Origin: Mytilus edulis
Lineage: Eukaryota
Length of the DNA stretch: 64,000 bases
NCBI RefSeq assembly: GCF_963676685.1
Contig: NC_092357.1
Span: forward strand, 3,348,001 to 3,412,000
Reading direction: 5' to 3'
The position numbers and the translations under genes are program-made. Shown piece after piece: positions 1 to 13,670 of the stretch. Position 1 is the first letter of the stretch, and every line of letters starts with the position of its first letter. A model generated the notes under the pieces. That model was not told where the DNA came from. It saw nothing but the letters and a program-made list of their open reading frames with translations, and did no database searches.

Positions 1-1027
1 CTAATTATGGCCATTGTTAATACTAAAAAATACAGTTAATCTGAATATGTGTGAATTGTATAAGATTAAATGATAATAATATACCTAATCCTTCGTACAA
101 GACCTAAAAACACTTTCATTTATGAATAAAGATAAAATAAAATCGCATTTTTATATAGTAACACCACTGAAACCTTCAGTAACCCCAATGACACAAAAGT
201 ATCACCATTGATATCACATTTCAAATTTTACCTTTATCAAATACTGAACACAAAGCAAAGATCACCTGGCAAAAGAAAAAGATGAAAAAATAATTTTAGG
301 CTAAAAAATCTCAAATTATATAACATAACATCCATTCCTAAAAATGTCAATAGTGTTTCTAAATAGTGTCATTGGTGTTACCAAAGTACATCAGTTTGTG
401 AAAACTGTGTATAACTGTTATACATGATATTGTTAAAACATTGTTAAATAAATATTTTTTTTCATACATAATATGATGTTTCGCTTGTTAAACATGAAAT
501 AGACACAAAACAATGCTGATTGTCATGATATATTCAGTGGTGTTACTAAACTGGTCAATGGTGTTATTTTATCAAAATGGTCTCACCAATGACAGTAACA
601 CCAATGATTTAAGGTGTATTTTAAGATTCAGTTACGAAATAAGTGCTCCATTCCCCCTATTCTATATGTTGTTACTGGTGCATGTTTCTATAATCAATAT
701 ATTTCATTATTCAAAGTTAAGGAAATGTTTTCAAAAAATGATTTTTATAAAGGGTACACCATGGACAATTACGATATAACCTTTATTTACTTTTACGATT
801 TTGTTTACTAAATCTTTAACATAGTTGTTTGTTTTATTTTGCATAACATGTTTACGGGTAACATTGCTAAGGGAGAAACTGTTGTAAATGCCCAAATCTT
901 GCGAAAGATAACTCTTAACCTACTAATTTGTCCTTTGGTTACACCATTGACTTAAAAAATGTTATATTTCCTTTTGGTGATTTTTTTTATTATAAAACCA
1001 ACATACACCTCCTAAATCATTAAACAA
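1..1027 (+). repeat. Left arm of ~1 kb inverted repeat (partner 5401-6426); runs off window edge
   Basis: aaccccaatgacacaaaagtatcaccattg (181-210) is the near-exact reverse complement of 6218-6247; aaaaccaacatacacctcctaaatcattaaacaa (~994-1027) of 5403-5436; spurious ORFs 513-779(+) and 5634-5900(-) share ISAPFP. Confidence 0.9.
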
Positions 1028-1714
1028 AAAAATTAATATGGATAGTGTGGTTAAACAGATGCGTTTCAAGTAGATTTACCTGTAGAAAAGCATATGCAAT
1101 GTGCAATAGTTACTGCCATCCAAGTTTGTGTAATGAATGTTTTAATATAGTGTGCTTAACATTTCTGTATACGAGTAAGATGTAATATTTAAATATAATG
1201 TGACCTACAGTAAAATATACATTTTAGGTTATCATTTTAATAATGATCTATTGTGCTTAATATTTCAATTTCGTGTAGCATTTTAAAATATTATGCCTAA
1301 CATTTTATTCATATATAAAGGTTTGCATTTTTAAATATTGTACCTTACATTTTAAATATTGTACCTTACATTTTAATATATTTGCCTATCATCTAAATAA
1401 ACACATGTATTGTACTAAACTGTTTATAATTAATGTTTATAATGAAGTTTTAATATGATTCGATAGAATAACTTATTTAACTTTCATTAATTTTCTTTAT
1501 TCTCAAAAACTTTTCATCATTTCAATTACTATGTATAATCCCTGACGTTTTTTCTAGTGATTATCGATAATTCCTTAAAAGAAATCAGTTATTATTTATT
1601 ATCCCTAGACTAATTAGTGATCTACATAATCCCTGAAAATTTCAGGGATTTTACAAAATCCATGATTATACTAATTCACTGTACTATATATATCACCGTT
1701 AATGATGTCCGTAC

Positions 1715-1890
1715 CAAAACATATTGGAGTGTAGTCATTCCATCCATCTGTGATGCAATCGATTAACTGGTTTCCGAGTAATCGATACCCAGTGTCACAG
1801 GAAAAAGTTGCAGTAGAACCAACAGCTGTTCCGGTTTGGTAAGTTTTCCGTTTGGAATCTGTGGAATATCTTCACATTGAACATGTTGAA
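1715..1890 (-). pseudogene. Isolated sushi/CCP (SCR) domain exon, phase 1-1, with 1-nt frameshift (pseudogenised or assembly error)
   Basis: ttgcag acceptor (1891-92), G|gtacgg donor (1713-14); translates QHVQCEDIPQIPNGK/[TY]QTGTAVGSTATFSCDTGYRLLGNQLIDCITDGWNDYTPICF = C..P.IPNG..G..A.F.C..GY.L.G....C...W....P.C sushi consensus; needs +1 A in the A4 run (T 1844-1847). Confidence 0.85.
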
Positions 1891-3414
1891 CTGCAATTCA
1901 ATTATTGTAGATTATTAATGAAACAATACATGGTAAATCCAGACTGTAGCTCAAAATTTTAGGTGTATATCTTCATAAATAATGATTTCAATTTTACTTT
2001 CAAGAAATCCAGAACAATCTTATTAATACGATATCTTCTATTAGAAGTCGATTTTCCTAGCCTATTTTACTAAGAGCCAGTGCGATTCGTCACATTAAGG
2101 CGAACAGGCACAAGTCATATAAGTAGTCTCTCTCATATTGCTTCTGACAATTTTAAATTCTTCTGCCTTTAGATTTTTCACAAGTGGTCAGTTTACAAGT
2201 GTTTTGTAAAACCCATTTTAAAAGCATGTAATGGACATGGAAAACATTTGAAAAAAAGCTAAAACAAACATTGATATTAGCTTTTAATACGATAATCATT
2301 ATGGACAACAACTGTCACAGTCCTGACTTGGTACATGCATTGTATTATGTGAAAATGATAGATTCAACCTGGTTTTATAGCGCTAAACCTCTCATTTGTA
2401 TGAAGTATAGATAAGATTAATACTAGTATACTTACACACACAACACGGTCTTGAATCACAACATTTGCCGTTTTCTATCCATCCTGGACAATACATGCTA
2501 TTACAACTTAAATATACGAGTCCTTACATAGCCGAGAAATGTATTTTTTTTACAAAGGGAAGGCTGAGATTGATATTCAGGGTAATTGCTTAAAACGTTT
2601 TTTTTTTATTTTTTGCTATGGGATGGGGGATTTTGATTCCAATATTTTTTGTAGGGGTTCATTCTTTTTTCTTGAAGATTTTACAAATTTCAAATACTGA
2701 TATGGCAGGAGATACACACGAATGCCATGCATGAGTGCTCCGCAAAATGTTCTACTTTCTCTTTTTTTCAAAAAAATGCACATGATTTTTGTTCGCAGAT
2801 ACGCAGTTATTTGGTGAATTTAACACTTGTTATGGTTTGAAACTTTCAGTAATTAAAAGTTATATAGTTTAGGCTTTTTGAACGATTCACTGATTGTGTG
2901 AAAATTTTAACAGAACATGTACTAACACCTGATAAAATTGCGTTATCTTCAGAATTATTGATAGCTTTCATTACTATTCACAAGGACATATAACTAACAT
3001 ATTATCCATACTATTCGAATCTGAGTTTTTATTCATAAATTGTCCGGCATAGATGGTGCTGTTCCAAGTTGTCTCCTTTTTCTGTTTCTTGAGAAGTATT
3101 TGTTTAACCTGTCCAGTCACTATAAAGTATTACAATTCATATGTAGACCCAACACATATAAAGTGGCCAAAAACGTATCTATACTATTAAACGAGAAGAC
3201 CTCATTTTGGGTGTAGCTTCTCTTCCTTCCACAGTAAACCAATCATCATGCTTCTGTGTCCTATAGGTAACATGCATAGTCGCATTTGTCATCCATTCTT
3301 ATGATTATTCCGATTGAGTTATTTTGGGAGAAAAACGACAAAAAAAGGAGTTCGGATATGATTCCGTCATCGGATTGACTTTTAGTCATAGATAAGACTT
3401 CCGGTTTGAAACAT

Positions 3415-3941
3415 GCACAAATACAACAAATGGTATGATAGATAACAAAAATGAAAAATAAATAAGCCAATCAGAGCGTTCTCCATATCATGGTGTTTAG
3501 ATCGCAAGAACCACAACTATTTTACCTCCTGATAGAGAACAATTATTTTTCGCGTCTATCTACATTTAAACTACGATTACACTACTTGAATATATAGAGA
3601 CTCTGTATTCTTTCTACTGTTTCTTTGAATGTTTACTATTTTAAAAGGGGTCATACCAGTTGCATATATATTAAAAAAAAGTAAAACAGTGACACAAGTA
3701 CAACCAATCGTATGATGGATAACAAAAATGAAAAATGAATAAGCCATTGAGAGCGTTCTCATAGGAATCACAACTATTACACATCCTTAAAGAGGACAAT
3801 TATTTTTCGCGTTTATCTACATGTAAACTACGATTATACTACTTTAATATATAGAGACTCTCTGTATTCTCTCTACTGCTTTCTTTGAATGTTTACTATT
3901 TAAGGGTCATACCACTTGCATATAGATTAAAATAAGTAAAA
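3415..3941. repeat. ~275-bp diverged tandem duplication inside the Helitron
   Basis: gataacaaaaatgaaaaat..ataagcca...ttttcgcg...aaactacgatta...atatatagagactc...gggtcatacca occurs twice (from ~3415 and ~3693). Confidence 0.85.
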
Positions 3942-3949
3942 ACTTTAAC

Positions 3950-4045
3950 TGGAAGCGGGACAGACGGACAAACGGACGACCGAACGAACGAACTCACGGA
4001 TGCACAGATTATAAAACATAATGCCCATAAATTGGGCATACAAAT
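3950..4045 (+). mobile_element. Helentron/HINE-like 3' end nested or captured in the Helitron
   Basis: (GACG/GAAC)n microsatellite followed by terminal hairpin atgccca-taaat-tgggcat. Confidence 0.5.
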
Positions 4046-5400
4046 TTATTGTTGAAAGGGAAAATAGTGATTTGGCAAAAATGAAAGTAAGGTAGAGATT
4101 AGAAGTAGACAGGACCTTTTCGAGGCGTCGGTATCGGTGTTTTTAAGCTCGGGATTTGGGGATTGACCCTTACGGGATCCGGGAATATATTTTTCGATTT
4201 CGGGATTTCGGGATCAGGACCCCTTCGACCACCCCTCAAATAAGCCTTAGTCGGTCTTAGTCATTTATACATGATTCATATCCTACCATTGGCATGTAAA
4301 TAAGGATCTCAAAAGAAAAAGCACTGATAGGATTGTACTAGAAGCATATTTTATTAGACTAATAATGGTCTATATATAAGCAGTTACGTTTATTTCATGT
4401 TTGAAACGGTGCAAATTTTTATTTTGATTTGACTTTTACCAAAAGAAGCATTGTAGCAAAGGAGAGGAATAATTGTGGTCTGAGGCCAGACACACGAAAA
4501 TAATTGAATTTAACAGAGAGGAAACAAATATCGGGCTTTGGAAAAAGGGAGAGGGGAAAAGGGAGAGAGCTTTTGATACCTTTTATGAAATTCTCCATGC
4601 ATAATATCTTTTAAAAAAAATCATCCTACAACAGTTCACAAGCTGTATATGCCCGCGATTTCGCGGGTGTGTTCTAGTGGCTTTTAAATTAGAGAAGCTA
4701 GGGTAAAAAAATAGAAGTACACATTTTCAACATTTTTGTGGGACTACCATACAAAATATAGGAATATGTAGTTGGAGACTGCTGCTGAATAGAAATGTGT
4801 TGGGCTCTGCCGCTCAACTGATACCTGTTTTCAATATAGTCTATATAAAAGTTTGACATTTAATTTTTGGTGTTTTTGTATATGCCAAATCAAATCTGCG
4901 GTCGTATCAGTCTGCCCTCAGCGAAGCATTTGTTGCTTTTTGGTTGGTTCTTTTTTTTTCTTTTGATCATGACAATTAATTTGTAGGTGTTTAGTTGCTA
5001 ACTATAGCCATAAGTGTTTATTTGTTACTTAGCTTGAAACGTGCACCTGATAAAAGTATCTGGTAGAGTGAAAATGTGTTGATCAGGTTTAAAAAAGGGT
5101 CATTATAAAAAAAAAAGGCAAAACTATGTTATAATATTTGGTCTTTTAAAGTCACAGACATGACAATACATTAAAATAACACTTGCATATGTTAGACATG
5201 AATGTTTTGTGATACACTATATACAGTTTACAGTATAAAATATTATCAAAACATCCTTAATGTTTTCTTAAAGCCTTTGATACAGCCAGAATAAACTGTT
5301 ATTTTTTACTATAAATCCCTTCAGACCTGAAATAGGACTATCATTCATATCATTGGTTATCAGGATTTATCACTTTTTATTGCATTTTGATATATACAAA

Positions 5401-6426
5401 CATTGTTTAATGATTCGGGAGGTGTATGTTGGTTTTATAATAAAAAAATTCACCAAAAGTAGAAGTTCAATTTTAAAGTCAATGGTGTAACCAAAAGACA
5501 AATTGGTAGAGTAAAAGTTATCTTTCTCAAGATTTCAGCATGTACAATAGTTTCTCCCTTAGCGATGTTACCTGTTAACATGTTATGCAAAAGAAAAAAA
5601 ACATTTATGTTGAAAATTTAGTGAAAGTAAAAGCTATAACGTAAATAAAAATAGTGTCCATGGTGTACCCTTATAAAAATCTTTTTTTTTTAAATTTCCT
5701 GAACTCTGAATTATAAAATATATTGATTGTAGAAACATGCACCAAAAACAACATATAAAATAGGGGAATGGAGCACTTATTTTGTAACTAATTCCTAAAC
5801 AAAAAAGGTAAATCATTGGTGTTACTGTCAATGGTGAGACCACTTTGATAAAATAATACCATTGATCAGTTTTGTAACACCACTGAATATAATATGACAA
5901 TCAGCATTGTTTTGTGTTTCTTTCATGTTTAACAAGCAAAACATCATATTATTAATGAACATCTATACTTATTTAACGATGTTTTAACAAAATCATGTAT
6001 TACATATACAAAGGTTAAAAAAACTGGTGCATGCTGGTAACATCAATGACACTATTTAGAAACACTATAATTAAGATTTTTAGTTATTGATGTTATGTTA
6101 TATAAATTGATATTTTTTAGCCTAGGAATTATTTTATTTTCTTTTTAAATTTCTTTTGCTCGGTGTACTTGGTTTTGTGTTCAGTACTTAATAAAAGTAA
6201 AATTTGAAATATGTTGTCAATGGTGATACTTTTGTGTCATTGGAGTTACTAAAGGGTCAGTGGTGCTTCTATATAAAAATGCAATAATTTTTATTTTTTA
6301 TTAACAAATGTAAGTATTTGCTAGTCGTATACGGTGGATAGGCATTATCTGATCATCTAGTCTTCAACATTTAACATATATCCCGTATAAGGGTAAGTTT
6401 TAATATATAAAAAAGGCAATAATAAG
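5401..6426 (-). repeat. Right arm of ~1 kb inverted repeat (partner 1-1027)
   Basis: Colinear reverse-complement similarity to 1-1027 with many substitutions. Confidence 0.9.
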
Positions 6427-7454
6427 AACAGCTTACTTTTATACAACAATTTTTTTCTGAAATTTATGTTCAAATAAAATAAGTAGTAATTTAAACCTTA
6501 ACAACAAATTGGAAAAGTTGTTTGATATTTAACAATAATGTTTAGTACCTAAATGCATGTTTTAAATTGGTAACAACATTGACACGATTCTATCAAGGGA
6601 TGACTTAAAATTGTTAAAATTGAAGGAACTCTTTATTTGTCCCATTGCAAATTTTTGAATATTGTTACTACCATACTATAGAATAGAGGGACATCTTTTA
6701 AACAATGTATATTTTTTTCAAATATTCCCATAGAAATGTACATGTTTTTTTTATAATGACCTGTATATATCCAGCAAGTCATGGTATTATCATGGGTAAT
6801 CATAACTCCATTCACCATAAAATCCAGTTTTGGACAATATGGGTGCATACAATATACCTAATGAATTTACTTATGTATCACCCAGACTCAAGACTCAATT
6901 TGGAATTTATGATTAACTTAGAGAGTAAAAAATTATGTGACAGTGTCAAAATTAGGTGCCAGTCTTTGTCAGAATCAGGTAATTTAGGTAAAAATCAAAA
7001 CATGATCAGAAAAAACCCACCGAGATAATCATGCTATTTAAAACTAACCATCATCCTGAGTTAAAAATAATTGGTCTTTCGTTTGTGTGTGTCTGGTAAT
7101 ATCAACTAACTTGGTTAGAAAATTGGTTAGAATGATAGCAAATTACAGAGTTTATCGTTAATTTCTAGTGCATTTCAACCAAATTGTATCTTCTATTACC
7201 AGAACAGAAAACAGAAACAAGTGTTATTTTTGTGTATAACCACAGTTTATGAACTGAAATCAATGTCAAATTGGGTGTGTTTTTTTGGTCATAGTTTCAC
7301 CACTGCCTGATTCTTAGGCAGACTGGCACTTAATGAGAAGATTTGTTGAGAGTTTAAAGATTGTGAATTTGAATATTTTTTGTTTTGTTTTGTAACTTGT
7401 TGTAAGTTGGATACTGCTACTCAATAGAAATGCTATTCGGAATTTCACAAGGGA

Positions 7455-7543
7455 ACTTGTTTCTATCCACGGAAAGACCCACTATCAACATATATTTACG
7501 TCAATATAGTTGATAGTTGGTCTACACATGGATAGAAACAAGT
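7455..7543. other. 89-nt near-perfect hairpin flanked by 10-bp direct repeat
   Basis: acttgtttctatcca/tggatagaaacaagt (15/15) plus agacccactatcaac/gttgatagttggtct; ggaatttcac at 7439-7448 and 7550-7559. Confidence 0.85.
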
Positions 7544-8364
7544 GCATGTGGAATTTCACCTGCGTTTGTCTGTGAGTTACATGAATTACCGTGATGATTA
7601 CTTTCAACAGTTTTACCAACGACATTATCACTTGATATGGGGTATAATGTAGGAAATGAATAATAGTAGTCATGGCCACCGAGAGCACCTGATTTTACTA
7701 TCTTCGGGTACGTTTTTCCGAAATTTATTGCTTGCAGAGGGGTTTCTATGTTCCTTCGGCAAGACGAAACTTTAACACTATAAGTGTGATCATTAATTAT
7801 GATAGTGTGACTTTGAAATGAAGTACCTGTGATATTTAGGAAATTTGCTTTCGCTGTAACTGACTAAAGATCATGCAGACGATGAAACATGGCGTAAAAG
7901 AAAAGAGGGACGAAAGCGTAAGATATTGTTGTCAAAACTTTATTTCCTTGGAACAATAACATTCAAAAGTGTAAAATAAACTACACAAGTTACAAACAAA
8001 TTTTAAATGTTGTTTTTGTTAACAAATAAAAATTCATGTCGTATTTAACATCACAATTGTTCAGTTCTGTCCCATTTTTTCAAGATCACGAATACATGTT
8101 AAACTCGGCAGCCATTAAAAGAAATAATCGTACGAGATTTAACGAGAGTGACGAAACTTTTCAGATGGGTCGTGTAGAGAGAGTTATCGTTCTTTATTCC
8201 AAAACAATGCTTCTACCATAAGTGCTAGCTAAAGCTGGCATATTATAGTTCGTATATACCTTATGCATACTTAGACATATCAAACCTAACAAACTATTCA
8301 ATACAGATTAAGTCACCACTTCGGTTTTATCATGTATATCTATTATATAGTCATTCTATAGAGT

Positions 8365-8960
8365 TCACTGTTTGCAAAAGTATAAATTATTCTAAATAAT
8401 AAGGATGCTCTCATCTTAGGCAGAAAACCCAAGCCGTATTGGGCACAACTTTTTGGAAATTTTGGTCCTCATTGCTCTTCAACTTTGTACTTGTTTTGGC
8501 TTTCAAACTTTTTTCATCTGAGCGTCACTGGTTAGTCTTGTTTGAACGACACGCACGTCTGGCATATTAAATTTTAAACCTGGCACCTTTTGTTAACTAT
8601 TATTCGTGTGTTTCTCTGTCATATATGTTCTCCCATTGCCTGATAGTCTGTCATGTAATGTTGTTATTTTATTGTTATAGTAAACATTGCAATAAAAGCG
8701 GAAGTTTTGGCATGCCACTATACCAGGTTCAACCAACCATTTTTTTTCTTAGAATGCCCTGTACTAAGTCAGGAAAATGGCCATTGTTATATTATAGTTT
8801 GTGTCTGTCTGTGTTACATTTTAAGGTTGTGTTTCTGTCGTGTCGTTGTTCTATTATATTTGATGAGTTTCCCTCAGTTTTAGTTAGTAACCCGGATTTG
8901 TTTTTTTTTTCTCTCAATCGATTTATGAGTTTTGAACAGCGGTATACTACTGCCTTTATT
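8365..8960 (+). mobile_element. Composite interspersed repeat with decayed hammerhead motif (retrozyme family 1; motif 8522-8564)
   Basis: gcgtca-CTGGTTA-gtcttgtttgaac-GACA-cgcacg-TC-tggca; homologous to 31390-31940. Confidence 0.7.
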
Positions 8961-11369
8961 CTGACAATTACGTCACAAAAGCTTAAATGAACGATTCAGT
9001 CGTCACAAAACAAACGGAAACAACTTACAGTAATCAACCAAAACTTTGCAATCGAACTAACAAAGGGTCACTGGGGTATATGTATGTGGTTTTCGACACT
9101 TTTCACCAAGGACAATAGGACTCGTGCATCTGACAGAACGACGTTCGTTTTCTTTAGAACAATTTTGGATGCAAAAAAAACGAAGTCAGGTACGAATGGA
9201 TAAATAATGTTTATCTTTTTTTTTTGCACGAAATATTCTTTTAAAACATTTGCCACGCAACGTTTATCGATATGATTTTACCTTTTATCGTAACCTGGAC
9301 CCCCCTAATTATCACTTTATCGGATCAAAAGGGGGAAACAAGAACATCGCTGTTTGATTTATCTATTACTTTTGATTTTGACATCTATATTCGATGATAA
9401 TTGTTGGTTTAAACATAGACAAACACGCATAAAATACTCAGACTAGGTTAATATCATTGTAAATGTAATTTGCTCTTTGTATTTTCTGCAAAGTTGTATT
9501 AAATTACCAACGTGGCATAAACTATGTGCATGTTTACTAGCAACGGGTAGTATACTATCCATGTTTTTAATACTTAAACATTCTAAAACCGAGTCTTTTT
9601 GTTAATTAGATGACATAACATAGACATATATCACACTCCCATATAAGTAATAATGTAAAACTGTTACTTTGATACACTGATCATAAACACCTTCCCCTTG
9701 TTTTGATTTTTTACGATATTTTCATTGACGCTCATAAATGTGTAAAGCGAAAATAGTTTCGAAATTTTAGAATTCTTTGTAACAAATCATAATTCATGAA
9801 TAAGATTTTTGGCTGCATGTGTTCCAAAATGATATCAAATGTTTTTATGGTCCGACATGGTATTAAATGTATTTACAAGAAGAAAATATTTTGATATTCC
9901 ATGACTTGGTATATGTTGTTTTGTTGGGTTACTGTCTGATTAACGTTTGCACAACACTCATTTTCGGAAGAAACTTATTGATCTTACGGACAAACTTTTA
10001 GTTTATTTCAAATAAATATGACAAACCCGATTATTATAGATTAAATATATTACCAATACAACGCCGATTTAATCCTGAACATAGACAGAGTTACCGTATA
10101 TATACATAGAACAATAACAAAAAAATCAATATCAGAACTTAGTTGATCACGTATTTCAAAATTGTATCCATTCGAAAAGGCATTTGGTCGTCTGTCCGGT
10201 CTGTACCTGTGTGATGTTGTTCATTGGTTATGTTAGGATGATGTGGTCTGTGTATATTTCTCCTCGAAAACATGGTGGTTCTTGAAATGTCACCAATCCA
10301 ATAGTTTTGTAAATGGTATCTCAGGTTATTCTTTCAAACTTGACTTTATGAGTATATTATTGTTATCTATGAATACAAGATAAAGAGAGACAATCGTTGA
10401 GTAATGTTTGTTTCAATAAGAAAGCCAAAAGAAGTAAAATCCAGTAGGAAAGCGTGTTTCTAATACTTTGATGCACAATTAAACTAGGCATTATTGTAAT
10501 TGACATACTTATTAGGAGAACATAAGACTTACGCTTTTCAAACATGTGAAACGTATTTATTTGGCAAATGTCATCTCATCAAGTAAGCTGACTACAGATT
10601 TAAGAAAATTCAGATTGAGATTAATTTCTAAAAATCTTCTTTACGACGACGACGACGAACAGGATAACGACGATGACGACGAACACGATGACAATGATGA
10701 TAATGCATCTGTGTTTACGTCGGCTAGGAAATATAACATGGATATATTAATAGAGAAATGTTATCTCACTATCATCTGACACTATTTTGTTTAAACATTG
10801 ACTATGATGATGGAAACATGTTTCAAGTGGATGATAGAACCCACAACAAATTGAAATTGTATTTTGTGTGTAGCTTTTCTTTTAAAGCCTTAATATGTTC
10901 AACCCTATAGGTAATAATTTTGATAAAAATTAACAAAATCCTCTGTATTTCTACCAAATTTAGGCGTAGAAAAACATAGAGTGCAGGCTTTGACAAACAA
11001 AATATTCAAATCAAATATGTAAAATGCTACATGAGACACTGTGGTTAAATATTCTTTTTGTCAACGAATGCGCCTTATGTTTCCAGTCCAAAAAAATGGT
11101 GGTTTACATGTTTTCTTTAGTTTTCGTCGAAAATCAATATACATGTATGACGAAAAGAACGGTTTATTGATATGTTATCAACAAAAACGGTGTATTGCCT
11201 GCCTTGTCTATGATATTGCTATGGTTAATTGTTACATTTATTAACAAATCATATTTTGAAATTTATAGCTAAAAATAAGAACCGTTTTAGGGCCTTATCA
11301 AACCTGATCTTCTTAATAATTGCTTACATCTCACAATAAGACGAAATATGCTGTAGTTAGAAACATATA

Positions 11370-11720
11370 TGTTTTATATCTTGATCTGTTCCTCGTCATG
11401 GATGGACAACTACACTGGAATCATTGACATTTGTGATGATTTCAACTTACAAATTGTCAACTACCCACATTTCTTAAAAGTCACATACCCTTCACATCAT
11501 CGTTTGACGTTTACACAATTTATTATATTCGTTAGAATGTTACAGTCATGCATGCTTATACTATAAAGACCTAATTAACAGAGGTTTGTGCCATACATAA
11601 AAACTGCTCCAACAGAGTTACAGAGTTAGAAAAATGATGACTGAAAGCGACAAAACATAAATTTGACAGTCAAGAAGTATCACGAATTGGTTTACCGCTA
11701 TCTAATGTAACTAATTAGCG
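11370..11720 (+). mobile_element. Highly decayed relic of Penelope-like RT C-terminus
   Basis: Fragments YLDL..DDFNLQIVNYPHF..YKDLINRG..KLLQQSY..HELVYRY resemble the YDKRDDFNFPIVNFPF-type PLE RT tail; multiple frameshifts. Confidence 0.5.
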
Positions 11721-13670
11721 ATCTTTAAATAGTCGTATGCAATTGATGCGAGTGTTTCCTATCCTTGAGTGCTTCATTTCGTTAATGCACATGATGGTTG
11801 ATTCATGCTATAGTAAAGTTCATGTGGTTTTCTTAGTGTTTGTTTGTTTCCTTGATTTATGTTTTTTTAAGCAATTGGCGGGCTCGATATGTTGAAACCA
11901 CTTGTTCCTGAAATCTGACATTTGAAATCACCGTGAAGATTTCCCTGATGCTATCAAGACTCAAAAAGGTATTGCCATGTGTTATCAGTTTATAGACTTG
12001 AAATTTCGTCATTCATCTTAAAAGCAAATCAAACCTGTTATCAGACTCGTATACACGGGATATAGGTACGATATTGTTGTCAAATCATTAAACAGACTCG
12101 TATACAAGGGATATAGTTACGATATTGTTGTCACTCGTATACAAGGGATATAGTTACGATATTGTTGTCAAATCATAAAAATGACAATATGGTATTAACA
12201 TTTATTCACTCATAGTTACTTTACATCGGAGATACATACATTTATGTTAAAACAAGTTTTTGCATGAAAAAAAAAGCAATACACATTACCATGATTACGG
12301 TACATAATGTTTTTGTTAATTGATAATACTAACCTCATACGGAAATCATACTTACAGTTAAAAAAAAGTCTAACGTGTGTCCTGTTTTCTCAGTTGTAAC
12401 AACAATGCATTTCAACTGGTTAATTTACAAATGATTTTATTCATATAATATCCATGTAGTTTTAAATTGATATAACTTGTTTAAAATTCAGTTTAATTGA
12501 AATTATCAATCTGTTAAGACTATGGCATTGCGTGTGTGACGGTAAAATTGTCAGCTATTGAATGTACACAAATCAAATATGTCCTTGTTAAATCATGTAT
12601 ATAATGTAGTAACATAGAACATAACAAGTTTGCATTACGTCCAACTTTTAGATAACGCTTGTTTAATAAAAAAAATACAATTCACAAAAAAATTTACTTG
12701 GTTAAACCATTATTGAAGAAACAATTATTGTCGAAACACAGTGCAGTGTTATTTTTTAGTGGCTAGCAACTAGAGGAAATTTTCTGAAAGTGAGTTCCTT
12801 AGTCAAAGCTTTGATGATTGATTGTCTTGTATGACTTGCAAAAATGTTTAAATCAATGCAGTTGTTTTTGCTCGGACTTTTTTCCGTCCAAAATGATAAG
12901 AAAAAATGTTGTCTGTTAACTGATAATTCACGGAATTAGTTATCTACACTAATTCATCTTCAAGGTTTTATTCCAAGGACAGATTGAATAATATATGTTA
13001 CAAAATCTTACTATTCCATCGTGGTTCCACTGTTACCATACATTGCTAGTCCTGCGTGCTACCCAGTTACAATTTATTGCTATTCCGTCGTGGTTCTACA
13101 ATTACAATTTATTGTTATTCCTGTGTGTTACCCCACCTACAATCTATTGCTATTCCTTTATAGTTCCGCTGTTACAATAAACTGTTAGATTCCAGCGTGT
13201 TACCCCAGTTACAATCTATTGGAAGAAAACTACCGACCGTGAAGGTAAAATGGCCACAGTGATAGTAACTTGAACTCGTTGAATAGGTTACAGGCGTGTT
13301 ATTTTGTAAATTATTTATTCAACATTTGACCGATGTTTTGATAATTGTCATTTGTTTACTACTATAAATACAATAACGTATGCGTAAAACCAAAGCAATT
13401 TAGCGATTGTAATGAAATATCCTACAGATAATTGAATAATACAGTACATCTGTCTGTACGTTTGTAACAGTTTTATCATCTTACTTGAGACCAAGTGACA
13501 AATTTATAAAAAATCGCCAAAATCCATGACTGAAACATGTGAAAAATGAATAAAATGACGAATTCATTTGCCGACGACATTTTTTTTTATATTTTGTTAA
13601 TACATTTGTTAACAATAGATAAAAGACCAAAATTAAAAGAAGTGCATATCCTCCCTAGAAAGACTTTGAA

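Larger units (their letters stand above)
3178..4677 (+). mobile_element. Complete non-autonomous Helitron
   Basis: A|TCTATACTATTAAA 5' end; 3' hairpin cccgcga-tt-tcgcggg (4652-4667) followed by tgtgttCTAG|T; inserted between A and T, no TSD. Confidence 0.85.

Noticed and set aside
7873-7917. ATG...AGC|gtaaga as first exon of the membrane-protein gene
   Set aside because: Wrong phase; 18565 gives a phase-correct start
10140-10560. Possible Penelope endonuclease-region relic on the minus strand
   Set aside because: Only vague motif similarity (FQEPP, SNGYNFEI); too decayed to support
10546-10779. Asp-rich 77-aa ORF
   Set aside because: (GAC/GAT)n microsatellite, GTG start, no coding context
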